Part shown: positions 18,976 to 29,139 of the stretch, one piece after another
How the letters are laid out: each line of letters opens with the position of its first letter
Numbering within the stretch: the stretch's first letter is position 1
Assembly (NCBI GenBank): GCA_965203355.1
Contig: OZ241889.1
Location: 3,296,001-3,360,000, forward strand
DNA length: 64,000 nt
Source of the DNA: Candidatus Latescibacterota bacterium
GTDB taxonomy: Bacteria; Latescibacterota; UBA2968; UBA8231
Direction of reading: 5' to 3'
Translations under genes and position numbers: made by a program
The notes under the pieces: generated by a model
Seen by the model: the letters and a program-made list of their open reading frames with translations, nothing else
What the model was told of the DNA's origin: nothing
The model's database searches: none

Positions 18976-21481
18976 TAAGTGCTGAGCAATAACTATCGGT
19001 AAGCAATGTTCTTGGGTTAATAAAAATCAACATCCCATTGTTCGCTAACAAATCACTCAACCCACGGTGAATAAAATAGCCATAAAGATTGGGACGACCA
19101 TAGACACTTTCGCTATAAATTTTGCGCAACTTTTTGTCTTTACTCACCACGTAAGGCGGATTACCAATCACCACATCAAATCCATCAGCAACCCCAAACA
19201 TGTACTCAGCATCAAACCAATCGGCCTTATCATTTTGATTATAGGGGTTCCAATGGGCGATCTTGTCCGCGTCATCTAGGGGAAGCCCGGCCGATTTTAG
19301 TTCCCTCGCCAGCATCCCGCGCAACCGCTTGTCCTCGCTTCTGCAAGCTAATTTCTTCCGGCGCGTGGTCGCGTGAAAATGCTGCTCTCGATTGTCTCCT
19401 AGCTTCTTTTTTAGCTCCTCAATCTGTTGGCGGAATAAGTCCAGTTGATCTGCTTCTTCGATCCTCAACAGCGTGTTCGCCGCCACAAAGCGCGTCTCCA
19501 AGTTCGGCAATGGCTTGATGCCAAAATTCTCCGCGTTGAGATCGCGATCCTGCTCAATCGCTAGCGAAATGAAAAAGCGCAACTTGGCGATCTGGCAGGC
19601 GATAGGCTGAATATCCACGCCGAAAATGCTGTTCTGAATGAGATACAGCTTGCGTCCGAAATCTCCTGAATACCGCGCAAAAGTTTCGCTAATATCCAAC
19701 AACTCCGCATCTCGTTCCTGCTGATCTCGATCCTCAAACGCCTGGATCGCCCGTTCTTTGGCTCGCTCCTTTTGCAGTGCTTCCCAGCGTTCATTGTCAG
19801 GGTCGATTCGCTGCAACGCCAAAGTCAGCTTATGCAGTACGCCCATGGGAAATGCACCGGTGCCAACAGCCGGGTCCAGCACTTTGACCTCGGCAATCGC
19901 CTGTACAAGACACTCTGATTCTTCTTCCTCAAAAAGCTCGTTGGCGTCGTCGAATGTATCCTCATAATCCAGCAGATAATGCAAGCGTTCTTTCCAGAAG
20001 GCCATGTCACCATCGTTCGGATAGCATTTTTCTGCCAAGGTCGCCACTAACGCTTCTTCCGCCATATAATCCACGACGACACGCGGTGTGTAGTACGATC
20101 CAGTCTGCTTGCGGGCTGTCTCACGTGTTTCTGGATTGTATGTTGCCAGCAAGTTCTCAAAGATATTGCCGAGTAATTCCGGATCCAGAGCGACTTCTTG
20201 CTCTATGGGCGTGTTCTCCTCCACCGTGAACTTGTACTTGTTGAATAAGGTGATTAGCCCCTCGGTGCCGAAAAACAAGCGATTGGGAACGGATAGCAAC
20301 TTGCGATGACTCGGATTGTCGGAAAAGCAGTCGATGCGGTAGCCACCATCGCCGGTCGCCGCTTCACTGTCGAGGCAGTCAAACAAGCCGCCGTTGATGA
20401 AAGGGGTCTGAGCAAACAAGTCCAATAGCGCATCGGGATCGTTGATTTCTTTTTTATAGCGATAGCGAGAAAAATTGCGGTGTGTAGTGTTGCTTACTTT
20501 GCTAAAGTCGCGCTTGCTAATTTCCGTGTTCAGGGTGGCGAAAAACAGATTTTGCAACACGGCGCGGTAATAAGAATCCCCGGTGTCGCGGTCGTAATTT
20601 TTCAGCAGTTGGCCGATTTGTTTCTCAACGAATAGCTCTTCGGCGACCAGCCCTTTTTCTTTAATGAACCAGACAAAGAGCAGACGGGTAATGAGGCGAA
20701 TGACGTGTTCCTCCGGCGGGAGCGTTCGCTGCTGATTGTTCGGAAAAGTCGCCTGACTGACAGCACGCTCAAACCAAGCGAATAGGTCTTGGTAGAACTT
20801 CCGGTTCAGTTCCTCAGTGTCCAGCGCGTCCAACCAAGCAGCTAGCAACCCGTCAAAATTCATTGGATGGCCGTTGTCACCCATCCAATGCAGCCGTTTT
20901 TCCAACACAAGGTCGCCGAGAATTTCCAAGTGAGCGCGATGCGGATCGCTCAAATCTATCTGCCGCACGAGCGCAACGCTGCCGAGCACATCGCGCTCCG
21001 GGTTGCGCTTGTTCTCGCGGCGATAGACAAAAGCGAGCGTCAGCAGATCGCTGGTGGTCTTGAATAGAACGACGGTGGGTATGAGAAATCGCTTGTTGAT
21101 CTCGCGCGTGAACAGGGCATACTCGCTGCGAGCGTAATTCGCCCCGCTCAACTCCACTGCCACAAAGAGAAAGCTCTTGCTGTTGCCGCTATCAAAATCG
21201 TCGATTGTAGGCCCACTCCCCCCAGCCGCGATTTCCGCGTCCGTTAGCTGAAAGACGATATGCGCGGATGCAGCACTGCTGCGAAACGCCGCCTCTGACT
21301 GCGTGTTGGGTGTTGTGGATGGCAGCGCGGCGAGAAAAGCATCTACATCGCCGGAAAGCGGAATCGTCTTCGCGCTCTCGTAGCCCAGCGCATTAAGCAA
21401 CTTCTGCGTTGCCGCCATGAAGTCGGTCTCTAGCATGGCGGCCAGCGCAGCCGTAATTCGGTTTATGCTCGAGTCATTCAT
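18976..21481 (-). pseudogene. 5' part of Eco57I-like type IIG restriction-modification/N6-adenine methyltransferase gene
   Basis: RLITRLLFVWF, PFINGGLF, DPELLGNIFE, GSYYTP, LDPAVGTGAF (motif I), FDVVIGNPPY (motif IV). Confidence 0.9.
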
Positions 21482-21538
21482 TGTCTATAATACGCTCAGC
21501 CAATATGGACTAGGACAAATTGCACACCAAGCCGCCAA

Positions 21539-21566
21539 TTGACAAGAATTAGCTACGCGCTTTAAT
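21539..21566 (+). promoter_or_regulatory. Sigma70-type promoter of the large cluster
   Basis: TTGACA (21539-21544), 16 bp, TTTAAT (21561-21566), upstream of SD AAGGA and GTG 21615. Confidence 0.6.
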
Positions 21567-21614
21567 GTACTTAAAACGTTCAACCTCCACTTCTTCCCTA
21601 TTTAAGGACTAGCC

Positions 21615-23780
21615 GTGTCCAACCTCCGCCTGCAATTTCCCGGTGCCTTGCTTAGCCTCCTGTTCGCCGCTTCCAGTGCCGACCCAGCCGACTGGCCTTC
21701 TTGGCGCGGACCAACGCAAAACGGCGTCTCCGCAGAAACCGACCTCGTCGAATCCTGGTCGCCGGTCTGGCACGCCGCATTCACCGGACGCTCGACCCCC
21801 ATCGTCCTCAACGGACGAGTATTCGTCATGGGTCGCCGCGGCGAGGGTATCGAGCACGAGGGCGTCGTCGCCGCCTTTGACGCCCAAGACGGCACCCTAC
21901 TCTGGGAGCACACCCACAACATCTTCCACACCACCATCCCCTTCAACCGCGTCGGCTGGGCCAGCCTCGCTGGCGACCCAGAGACCGGCTACATCTACGC
22001 CCATACCGTCAGCGGACTGTTCCTTTGTTTTGACCGCGATGGCGAGGTGGTCTGGTCGCGCTCGCTGACCGAGGAGTTCGGGCGCATCTCCGGCTACGGC
22101 GGCCGCGTCCACACGCCCGTCGTCGATGAAGATCTCGTCATCATCAGCTATCTCAGTTCCAACTGGGGCCATCACACCCCGGGCCGCCACCGCTACTTCG
22201 CCTTTGACAAGCGCAGCGGCGAAGTCTTCTGGATCGCCACCCCGGGCGGCCGACCGCTCGACACCACGTACTCGGTGCCGGTCGTCGCCACCATCAACGG
22301 CGTCCGCCTGCTCATTGGCGGCAACGCCGACGGCTCCATCTACGCCCTGAAAATCCGCACCGGCGAAAGCGCGTGGGGCTTCAAGCTCAGTCGGCGCGGC
22401 ATCAACGCTTCGGTCGTCGTCGCGGGCGACAAGGTGTACGCCGCCCACAGCGAGGAAAATCTCGACAACACCGCCCTCGGCCGCGTCGTGTGCATCAACG
22501 CCACCGGCCAAGGCGACGTCACCAACACCCACGAGGTCTGGCGCTACGACGGCGTTTTCGCCGGTTATAGCAGTCCAGTTGTCGGCGATGGCCGCTTGTA
22601 CATCATCGACAACTCGGCCAACATCCACGCGCTCGACGCCGCCACCGGCCAAGTCCACTGGATCCACAACATCGGCACCGTCGGCAAAGGATCGCCCGTG
22701 CTGGCCGACGGGCGGCTCTACGCGCCAGAAGTCAACGGCCGCTTCGCCATCGTCGCCCCGGGTCCCGACGCGGCCGAGACCCTGGACCTCGCCGAGATTG
22801 CCATGCCCGACGGACGCCCGGCCGAACTGTTCGGCTCGCCAGCCGTAGCGTATGGCCGCATCTACCTTTCCACCGAGGCCGGCGTTTACTGCCTCGGCGA
22901 CCCGGCCGCGCCGTTTGCGGTCGCAGCGACCGCCGCCGACTATCCACGCGAGCCAGCACCCGCAGACGCCACCCCGGCGCATCTGCAAATCACGCCCGCC
23001 GAAGTAGTAGCCCAGCCCGGCGCCAGCCTAGCGCTTCGCGCCCGAGCCTTCGACGCAAACGGGCGGCTCATCGGCCCAGTCGCAGCCGAGTGGTCGCTCG
23101 CCGGTCCGGTCGGCCAACTCGACGGCCATACGCTCGTCCTCGCGGACGCACCCGGCGGCGGCAAAATCGTCGCCCGCGCCGGCGAACTGGTCGCCGAGGC
23201 GCGCATTGCCGTGCTGCCGCCGCCGACCTACAGCGCGGACTTTGAGGAATTCGCCGTTGACGCCGCGCCAGCTTGGGTCGGCATAGGCCGCAAGTTCACG
23301 GTGCGCGAAGTGGCAGGCAACAAGGTGCTGGTCAAGCCACCCGCCGCCCGCGGCCTGCACCGCGCCAACACCTACCTCGGCGCCCCGGACATGGCCGGCT
23401 ACACCATCCAAGCCGATCTGCTCGGCACCAAGAAGCGCCGCGCTGTCCCGGATCTCGGCCTGATTGCCCAGCGCTACACTCTCGACCTGATGGGCTACCA
23501 CCAGCAGTTGCAGATCCGCACTTGGGCCGCCGAGCTGCGGATGGCCAAGACCGTGCCCTTCGCTTGGGAAACCGGCGTCTGGTACACCATGAAGATGCAG
23601 GTGGAAATCGCCGGCGATACCGCCCACATTCGCGGCAAGGTCTGGCCCCGCGACGCGCCAGAGCCAGCCGCGTGGAGTATCGAGGCGGTCGATCCCCGAC
23701 CCAACCGCAGCGGCAGCCCCGGACTCTACGGATATTCTCCCGCTGAAATCTACTACGACAACCTGAAAGTTTGGCCATGA
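21615..23780 (+). CDS. Secreted PQQ-like beta-propeller protein with C-terminal Ig-like and beta-sandwich domains
   Basis: Signal peptide, DWPSWRGP, repeated AFD..DG..LW and SP(V/A) blades. Confidence 0.8.
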   Translation: MSNLRLQFPGALLSLLFAASSADPADWPSWRGPTQNGVSAETDLVESWSPVWHAAFTGRSTPIVLNGRVFVMGRRGEGIEHEGVVAAFDAQDGTLLWEHTHNIFHTTIPFNRVGWASLAGDPETGYIYAHTVSGLFLCFDRDGEVVWSRSLTEEFGRISGYGGRVHTPVVDEDLVIISYLSSNWGHHTPGRHRYFAFDKRSGEVFWIATPGGRPLDTTYSVPVVATINGVRLLIGGNADGSIYALKIRTGESAWGFKLSRRGINASVVVAGDKVYAAHSEENLDNTALGRVVCINATGQGDVTNTHEVWRYDGVFAGYSSPVVGDGRLYIIDNSANIHALDAATGQVHWIHNIGTVGKGSPVLADGRLYAPEVNGRFAIVAPGPDAAETLDLAEIAMPDGRPAELFGSPAVAYGRIYLSTEAGVYCLGDPAAPFAVAATAADYPREPAPADATPAHLQITPAEVVAQPGASLALRARAFDANGRLIGPVAAEWSLAGPVGQLDGHTLVLADAPGGGKIVARAGELVAEARIAVLPPPTYSADFEEFAVDAAPAWVGIGRKFTVREVAGNKVLVKPPAARGLHRANTYLGAPDMAGYTIQADLLGTKKRRAVPDLGLIAQRYTLDLMGYHQQLQIRTWAAELRMAKTVPFAWETGVWYTMKMQVEIAGDTAHIRGKVWPRDAPEPAAWSIEAVDPRPNRSGSPGLYGYSPAEIYYDNLKVWP

Positions 23781-25198
23781 CGCAAACCATTTGCAGCCTC
23801 ATCCTCGCCCTCGCCGCGGCCGCCGGCGCCCAAACCGCAATGTGGGGCGGCTCGCCCGGGCGCAATCCGGTCTCGGACGAGCAAAACCTGCCCACCACTT
23901 GGGACGTCGAGACCGGCGCAAACGTCAAGTGGCGGGCCACGCTCGGCTCGCAGACCTACGCCGGGCCCCTAATCGCCGGCGACAAAATTTTCGTCGGCAC
24001 CAACAACCAAGCCGAGCGCGATCCCAGCCATAAGGGAGACCGCGGCGTAGTCATGGCCTTTTCCCTAGCAGACGGTGCTTTCCTCTGGCAAATCGCCCAC
24101 CCCAAGCTGCCGGCTGGCCGCGTCAACGACTGGCCGCAACAGGGCGTCTGCTCCACTCCTTTTGTCCACGGCGATCGCCTCTACTACGTCTCCAACCGCG
24201 CCGAAGTCGTCTGCCTCGACACCGAGGGCTTCCGCGATGGCGAGAACGACGGCCCCATCGCCGACGAAACCGCCACCGCGCCCACCAATGCGGATCTGAT
24301 CTGGAAATTCGACATGATCGCCGAGTTGGACGTCTTCCCCCACAACCTCGCCACCAGCTCGCCACTCGGCGTGGACGGTCGCCTCTTTGCCCTGACCAGC
24401 AACGGCGTGGACGAGGGCCACATCCACATCCCGGCCCCCTTTGCCCCCAGCTTCATCGCCCTCGACATGCAGACCGGCCAGCTCCTCTGGGACAGCGCCC
24501 TGCCCGGCGACCAAATTCTGCACGGCCAGTGGTCCAACCCGGCCTATGGCGAGGCCGGGGGCCGCAAGCAGGTCGTCTTCCCCGGCGGCGACGGCTGGGT
24601 CTATGCCCTCGCGCCCGACACCGGCGAGTTGATCTGGAAATTCGACTGCAACCCCAAGGATTCGGTGTGGGAATTGGGCGGGCGTGGCACCCGCAACAAC
24701 CTCGTCTCCACGCCCGTCTTTTACGACGGCAAGGTCTATATCGGCGTCGGCCAAGACCCGGAGCACGGCGAAGGCGAGGGTCACCTATGGGCCATTGACG
24801 CCAGCGGCACCGGCGACATCACCGAGACGGGCGCAATCTGGCACTTCGGCGACAAAAACTACAACCGCACCATCTCCACGGTCGCCATTGCCGACGGCCT
24901 GCTCTACGCCGCCGACCTGAGTGGCTTTGTCTATTGCCTCGACGCCAAGACCGGCACCCACCACTGGACCCACGACACCTTCGCCGCGATCTGGGGCTCG
25001 CCCTTTGTCGCCGACGGCAAGGTCTATATCGGCGACGAAGACGGCGACGTCGATGTGCTCAAGGCCGGCAAAACGCTCGCAGTACTACACGAGACGAACT
25101 TGGGCAGCGCCGTGTACACCACCCCAGTCGCCCGCGACGGCGTCTTGTACATCGCCTCGCGCAACACCCTCTTCGCCATCGCGGCGGCAAGCCAATGA
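23777..25198 (+). CDS. Secreted PQQ-like beta-propeller protein
   Basis: Signal peptide, LPTTWD..NVKW, CLDAKTG..HW, WGSPFVADGKVY; ATGA overlap with the upstream gene. Confidence 0.8.
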   Translation: MTQTICSLILALAAAAGAQTAMWGGSPGRNPVSDEQNLPTTWDVETGANVKWRATLGSQTYAGPLIAGDKIFVGTNNQAERDPSHKGDRGVVMAFSLADGAFLWQIAHPKLPAGRVNDWPQQGVCSTPFVHGDRLYYVSNRAEVVCLDTEGFRDGENDGPIADETATAPTNADLIWKFDMIAELDVFPHNLATSSPLGVDGRLFALTSNGVDEGHIHIPAPFAPSFIALDMQTGQLLWDSALPGDQILHGQWSNPAYGEAGGRKQVVFPGGDGWVYALAPDTGELIWKFDCNPKDSVWELGGRGTRNNLVSTPVFYDGKVYIGVGQDPEHGEGEGHLWAIDASGTGDITETGAIWHFGDKNYNRTISTVAIADGLLYAADLSGFVYCLDAKTGTHHWTHDTFAAIWGSPFVADGKVYIGDEDGDVDVLKAGKTLAVLHETNLGSAVYTTPVARDGVLYIASRNTLFAIAAASQ

Positions 25199-26271
25199 GC
25201 GTCTCACCCGATAAAATCGCCGCGGCCCGCCGCGACCTCGACGCGCACGTCCGCGCCATCGTCGAGTGGCACTTCAACCCCGCAACCGGCTGCCCGTTCT
25301 GGCTTGCCTACGCGCAACAACTCGATTTCGACCCGCGCGAGCAAATCCGCTCCTATGACGATTTGGCCCGGCTCGGCCACTTTGAGGACGAGTGGCTGCG
25401 CGGCGGCCCGGTGCGTCAGTGGGTGCCCAAAGCCTATGCTGACGAGCCGATTTGCGTTTTTGAGACCGGCGGCTCCACGGGCTTGCCCAAATACCGCATC
25501 AACATCCGCGACTTCCAAGCCGACTACGCGCTCTACAGCGAGAGCCTGCCCGAGGAGGGTTTTCCCCAGGGCGCCGACTGGCTGATGCTCGGGCCTTCGG
25601 GGCCCCGCCGCCTGCGCTTGGCCATCGAGTATCTCGCCCAGCTACGCGGCGGCTTGTGCTTTCTGGTAGATCTCGACCCCCGCTGGGTCAATGAACTCAT
25701 CCGCGACGGCAAGATGCGCGAGTTAGACGCCTACAAAGCCCACGTCGTCAATCAGGCGCTCAAAATCCTCAAGGCCCACGACAACGTGCAGTGCGTCTTC
25801 ACCACGCCCCGCCTCCTTGAAGCCCTCTGCGAAAAAGTCTCCCTGCCCAAGCTCGGCATTAAGGGCATCTTCTGTGGCGGCACGGAAATGAACGCCCAGT
25901 TCCATCGCTTCGCCCGCGAGGAGTTGGTGCCCGGCCTCGCCTTTGTCCCCACCTACGGCAACACCCTAATGGGCCTCGCCTGCCCTAAACCCTTTGACCC
26001 AGCCGACGAATACGCCATCGCGTATTACCCACCGCAGCCACGCGCCGTCATCGAGTTGGTCGATCCCAAAGATCCCACGCGCAAGGTCGGCTACGGCGAG
26101 ACCGGCCGCGTCATGCTCACCACCCTGACCGAGGAATTTTTCATGCCCCGCTTCCTCGAACGCGACGAAGCCGAACGCACCGCGCCGATTGAGGCGTATC
26201 CGTGGGATGGCGTTAAAAATTTGCGACTGCTGACCGAGTTGCAGGAGGCGGTGGTGGTGGGGGTGTATTGA
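25195..26271 (+). CDS. EhpF/EsmD2-like short adenylate-forming enzyme
   Basis: WHFNPATGCPFWL, FDP, ETGGSTGLPK, VDLDPRWV, GGTE, YGNT, ERD and C-terminal GVY match recalled EhpF motifs; ATGA overlap fixes the start at 25195. Confidence 0.8.
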   Translation: MSVSPDKIAAARRDLDAHVRAIVEWHFNPATGCPFWLAYAQQLDFDPREQIRSYDDLARLGHFEDEWLRGGPVRQWVPKAYADEPICVFETGGSTGLPKYRINIRDFQADYALYSESLPEEGFPQGADWLMLGPSGPRRLRLAIEYLAQLRGGLCFLVDLDPRWVNELIRDGKMRELDAYKAHVVNQALKILKAHDNVQCVFTTPRLLEALCEKVSLPKLGIKGIFCGGTEMNAQFHRFAREELVPGLAFVPTYGNTLMGLACPKPFDPADEYAIAYYPPQPRAVIELVDPKDPTRKVGYGETGRVMLTTLTEEFFMPRFLERDEAERTAPIEAYPWDGVKNLRLLTELQEAVVVGVY

Positions 26272-26328
26272 GAGAACAGCTTATCACTTATAGCTTGCAA
26301 CACTTCATCGCCAACCCAAAACCCAACC

Positions 26329-27726
26329 ATGCACCTACCCATCCTCCGCGCCGGCCAGCCCTACACCAGCCTCGACCGCCTCACCATCGCCCACATCGCC
26401 ACCGGCCAACCTGTGGCCCAAGTCAGCCAAGCCAACCGCGGCCTCATTGCCCGCGACTTAGCCGCCCAAGAGCGCAACTACCACGCCCTGCAAGCGCTCC
26501 CGGTCGCCGAACTAGTCGCCATCGGCCAACGCGCCGCCGACCTTTTCTTGCGCGCCGAGCTACCTTTAGGCGACCGCCGCCAAACCCCGGACGACTACGT
26601 CGCGCAAGTCTCGGCCACCACCGGCTTGCCGCAGTCGCTGGCCCGCGCCAACATGGACAAAATCCACCGCGTCGGCAGCGAAATGCCCGCCGTACTCAGC
26701 GGCCTGACCCGAGGCCTAGACCTGGCCACCCTCGACGACGGCCCCAGTCCGCTCCATTTCGCGCCCCATGCTCAAGCCCTCGGCTGCATCCTGCCGAGCA
26801 ACTCCCCCGGCGTCCACGCCCTGTGGCTGCCAGCCATCCCGCTCAAAATCCCGCTGGTGCTCAAGCCGGGCCGCGAAGAGCCGTGGACGCCCTACCGCAT
26901 CGCCCAAGCCCTGGCCGCAGCCGGCTGTCCACCCCAAGCCCTGAGCTACTACCCAACCGACCACGGCGGCAGCACCGAGATTCTGCTCGGCTGCGGGCGG
27001 TCGCTGCTATTCGGCGGCGGTTCTACAGTCGCCCCTTGGCGCGACGATCCCCGCATCCAACTACACGGACCAGGGCGCAGCAAGATCATCATCGGCGCGG
27101 ACCAAATCGACCGCTGGGAACACTATCTCGACTTGATGGTCGCCTCAATCGCCGCCAACGGAGGCCGCTCCTGCCTCAACGCCTCGGGCGTCTGGGTGCC
27201 CGCCCATGGCCGCGCCATTGCCGCCGCCCTCGGCGAGCGCCTGAGCCAAATCCAAGCCCGCCCCCTCGACGACCCTCAAGCCCAAATCGCCGCCTTCCCC
27301 AAGCCGGCCGTAGCGCGTCAGATCGCCGCCCTCATCGACGGCCAACTCGGCGACAAAGCGCAAGACACCGCGAGAGGACCTGCCGAGCGCGTCGCCGAGA
27401 TCGATGGCTGCACCTTCCTCAACCCGACCTTAATCCACGCCCCGGACTGGCAACATCCGCTGGCCAATACCGAATATCTCTTTCCGTTTGCCTCGGTAGT
27501 AGAAGTCCCGCAAGAAGAAGTGGTCGCACGCATCGGCCCGACGCTGGTGGCCACCGCCCTCACCGAGGACGAGCGCCTAACGCGCCAACTGCTCGCCGCC
27601 CCCCACATCGAACGCCTCAACCTCGGCCCGATCCCCACCCACGAGATCGCGTGGGATCAGCCGCACGAGGGCAACCTCTTCGACTTCCTCTACCAGCAGC
27701 GCGCCTTGCAGCGCCGGGCCGGATGA
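26329..27726 (+). CDS. ALDH-superfamily acyl reductase (EhpG-like)
   Basis: LPSNSPGVHALW, LKPGREEPWTPYR, catalytic Cys in NGGRSCLNAS, EYLFPF; LHGPGRSK in place of canonical ELGGK. Confidence 0.75.
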   Translation: MHLPILRAGQPYTSLDRLTIAHIATGQPVAQVSQANRGLIARDLAAQERNYHALQALPVAELVAIGQRAADLFLRAELPLGDRRQTPDDYVAQVSATTGLPQSLARANMDKIHRVGSEMPAVLSGLTRGLDLATLDDGPSPLHFAPHAQALGCILPSNSPGVHALWLPAIPLKIPLVLKPGREEPWTPYRIAQALAAAGCPPQALSYYPTDHGGSTEILLGCGRSLLFGGGSTVAPWRDDPRIQLHGPGRSKIIIGADQIDRWEHYLDLMVASIAANGGRSCLNASGVWVPAHGRAIAAALGERLSQIQARPLDDPQAQIAAFPKPAVARQIAALIDGQLGDKAQDTARGPAERVAEIDGCTFLNPTLIHAPDWQHPLANTEYLFPFASVVEVPQEEVVARIGPTLVATALTEDERLTRQLLAAPHIERLNLGPIPTHEIAWDQPHEGNLFDFLYQQRALQRRAG

Positions 27727-28850
27727 CCCCCTTCGACTTTGATCCATCCACCCGCGTAGTCTTTGGCGCCGGAACCCTCGGCCAGCTAGGCACCCTCGCC
27801 AGCGCGTTGGCCGGCCCGCGCATCCTGCTCGTAACCGATCCCGGCCTCGTCCAAACGGGCCTCGCCGCCCAAGCCCGTCGCGCCCTACAAAACGCCGGCC
27901 TCAAGACAACCACTTTTTCCGCCGTAGCAGAAAATCCCACAACCGACCACGTAGCCGCTGGCGCCGACCACGCCCGCACCCACGGCCCCATCGACCTCAT
28001 CGTCGCCTTGGGCGGCGGCAGCGCCATGGACTGCGCCAAGGGCATCAACTTCCTGCTGACCAACGGCGGCCCGATGCACTTCTACCAAGGCTACGGCAAA
28101 GCCACCCGACCCATGCTGCCTTCCATCGGCATCCCCACCACCGCCGGAACGGGTAGCGAGGCCCAATCCTACGCCCTGCTTACCTGCGCCAACACCGGCG
28201 CGAAAATGGCCTGCGGCGACCGCAAAGCGCGCTTCCACATCGCCATCCTCGACCCAAACGCGCTGACCAGCGTCCCCCACCGCGTCCGCGCCGATGCCGG
28301 TATCGACGCCCTCGCCCACGCGGTCGAAAGCTACGTCTGCACCTGCCGGACGCCGCTGTCCCAGATGTTCGCCCGCCAAGCCTGGCGGCTGCTCGCACCC
28401 CACTACGCAGCCGCTGTCGCCGATCCGCAAAACGCGACCGCCGCTCTGCTTTTAGGTGCTCATCTGGCTGGCATGGCCATCGAAAACTCCATGCTCGGCG
28501 CCGCTCACGCCACCGCCAATCCGCTCACCGCCCACTACGCACTCACCCACGGCCGCGCCGTAGCCCTGATGCTGCCGCACGTGATCCGGTTGAACAGCCA
28601 AGCGGTGGACGAGCTATACGGCGAACTTTGCGCCGACATCCAACTCAACGGCCGGGGCCGCGCACTCGCCGCCCACCTCGAAAAATTGTGCGCCACAGCC
28701 GGCCTACCACGCCGACTCGCCGATTGTCAGGTCGCCGAAAATGATCTGCCTACCATGGCCCGAGCAGCCGCTGGTCAGTGGACCGGGACCTTCAACCCGC
28801 TTCCCTTGCAAGAAGCCGACTTCCTGCGGCTTTACGAGGCGGCGTTTTGA
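27723..28850 (+). CDS. Iron-containing alcohol dehydrogenase
   Basis: GGGSAMDCAK, IPTTAGTGSE, DALAHAVE, AHATA, THG; ATGA overlap gives start 27723. Confidence 0.9.
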   Translation: MTPFDFDPSTRVVFGAGTLGQLGTLASALAGPRILLVTDPGLVQTGLAAQARRALQNAGLKTTTFSAVAENPTTDHVAAGADHARTHGPIDLIVALGGGSAMDCAKGINFLLTNGGPMHFYQGYGKATRPMLPSIGIPTTAGTGSEAQSYALLTCANTGAKMACGDRKARFHIAILDPNALTSVPHRVRADAGIDALAHAVESYVCTCRTPLSQMFARQAWRLLAPHYAAAVADPQNATAALLLGAHLAGMAIENSMLGAAHATANPLTAHYALTHGRAVALMLPHVIRLNSQAVDELYGELCADIQLNGRGRALAAHLEKLCATAGLPRRLADCQVAENDLPTMARAAAGQWTGTFNPLPLQEADFLRLYEAAF

Positions 28851-29139
28851 TGGACAACTTTCGACTGAAACCAAATGCGATATGTAAAATTATCCTTCAG
28901 GCGTGCGGAGAAATTGCACTTCGCTCCTTGCTTCCGCTCCCTACGCCGAGCAACAAGCGCGAATGCGTCACAAGCAAGCTATTCAGAACGGAGAACATTT
29001 CATCCGGCAATTCCAAGGTGACTTTAGTCATAATCAACGTTCTGATTTCTCACACTCGGTTAAGGCTGGTGTCTGTCACCAAATCAGCAAAATGTCACTT
29101 CTCTTTTAATTTCGTCCACAATCCCCCAACCAACAGAAT

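Noticed and set aside
26268-27722. 860-aa ADH fusion in the ORF track
   Set aside because: The Arg/Pro-rich extension is an off-frame read of the ALDH gene; the real start is the ATGA overlap at 27723
25195-27726. Phenazine biosynthesis cluster
   Set aside because: Only EhpF/G-like tailoring genes are present; no phzA/B, D, E, F or G in the window
28903-29109. RiPP precursor for the radical SAM enzyme
   Set aside because: No clear RBS or leader/core pattern; the radical SAM lacks SPASM/RRE features
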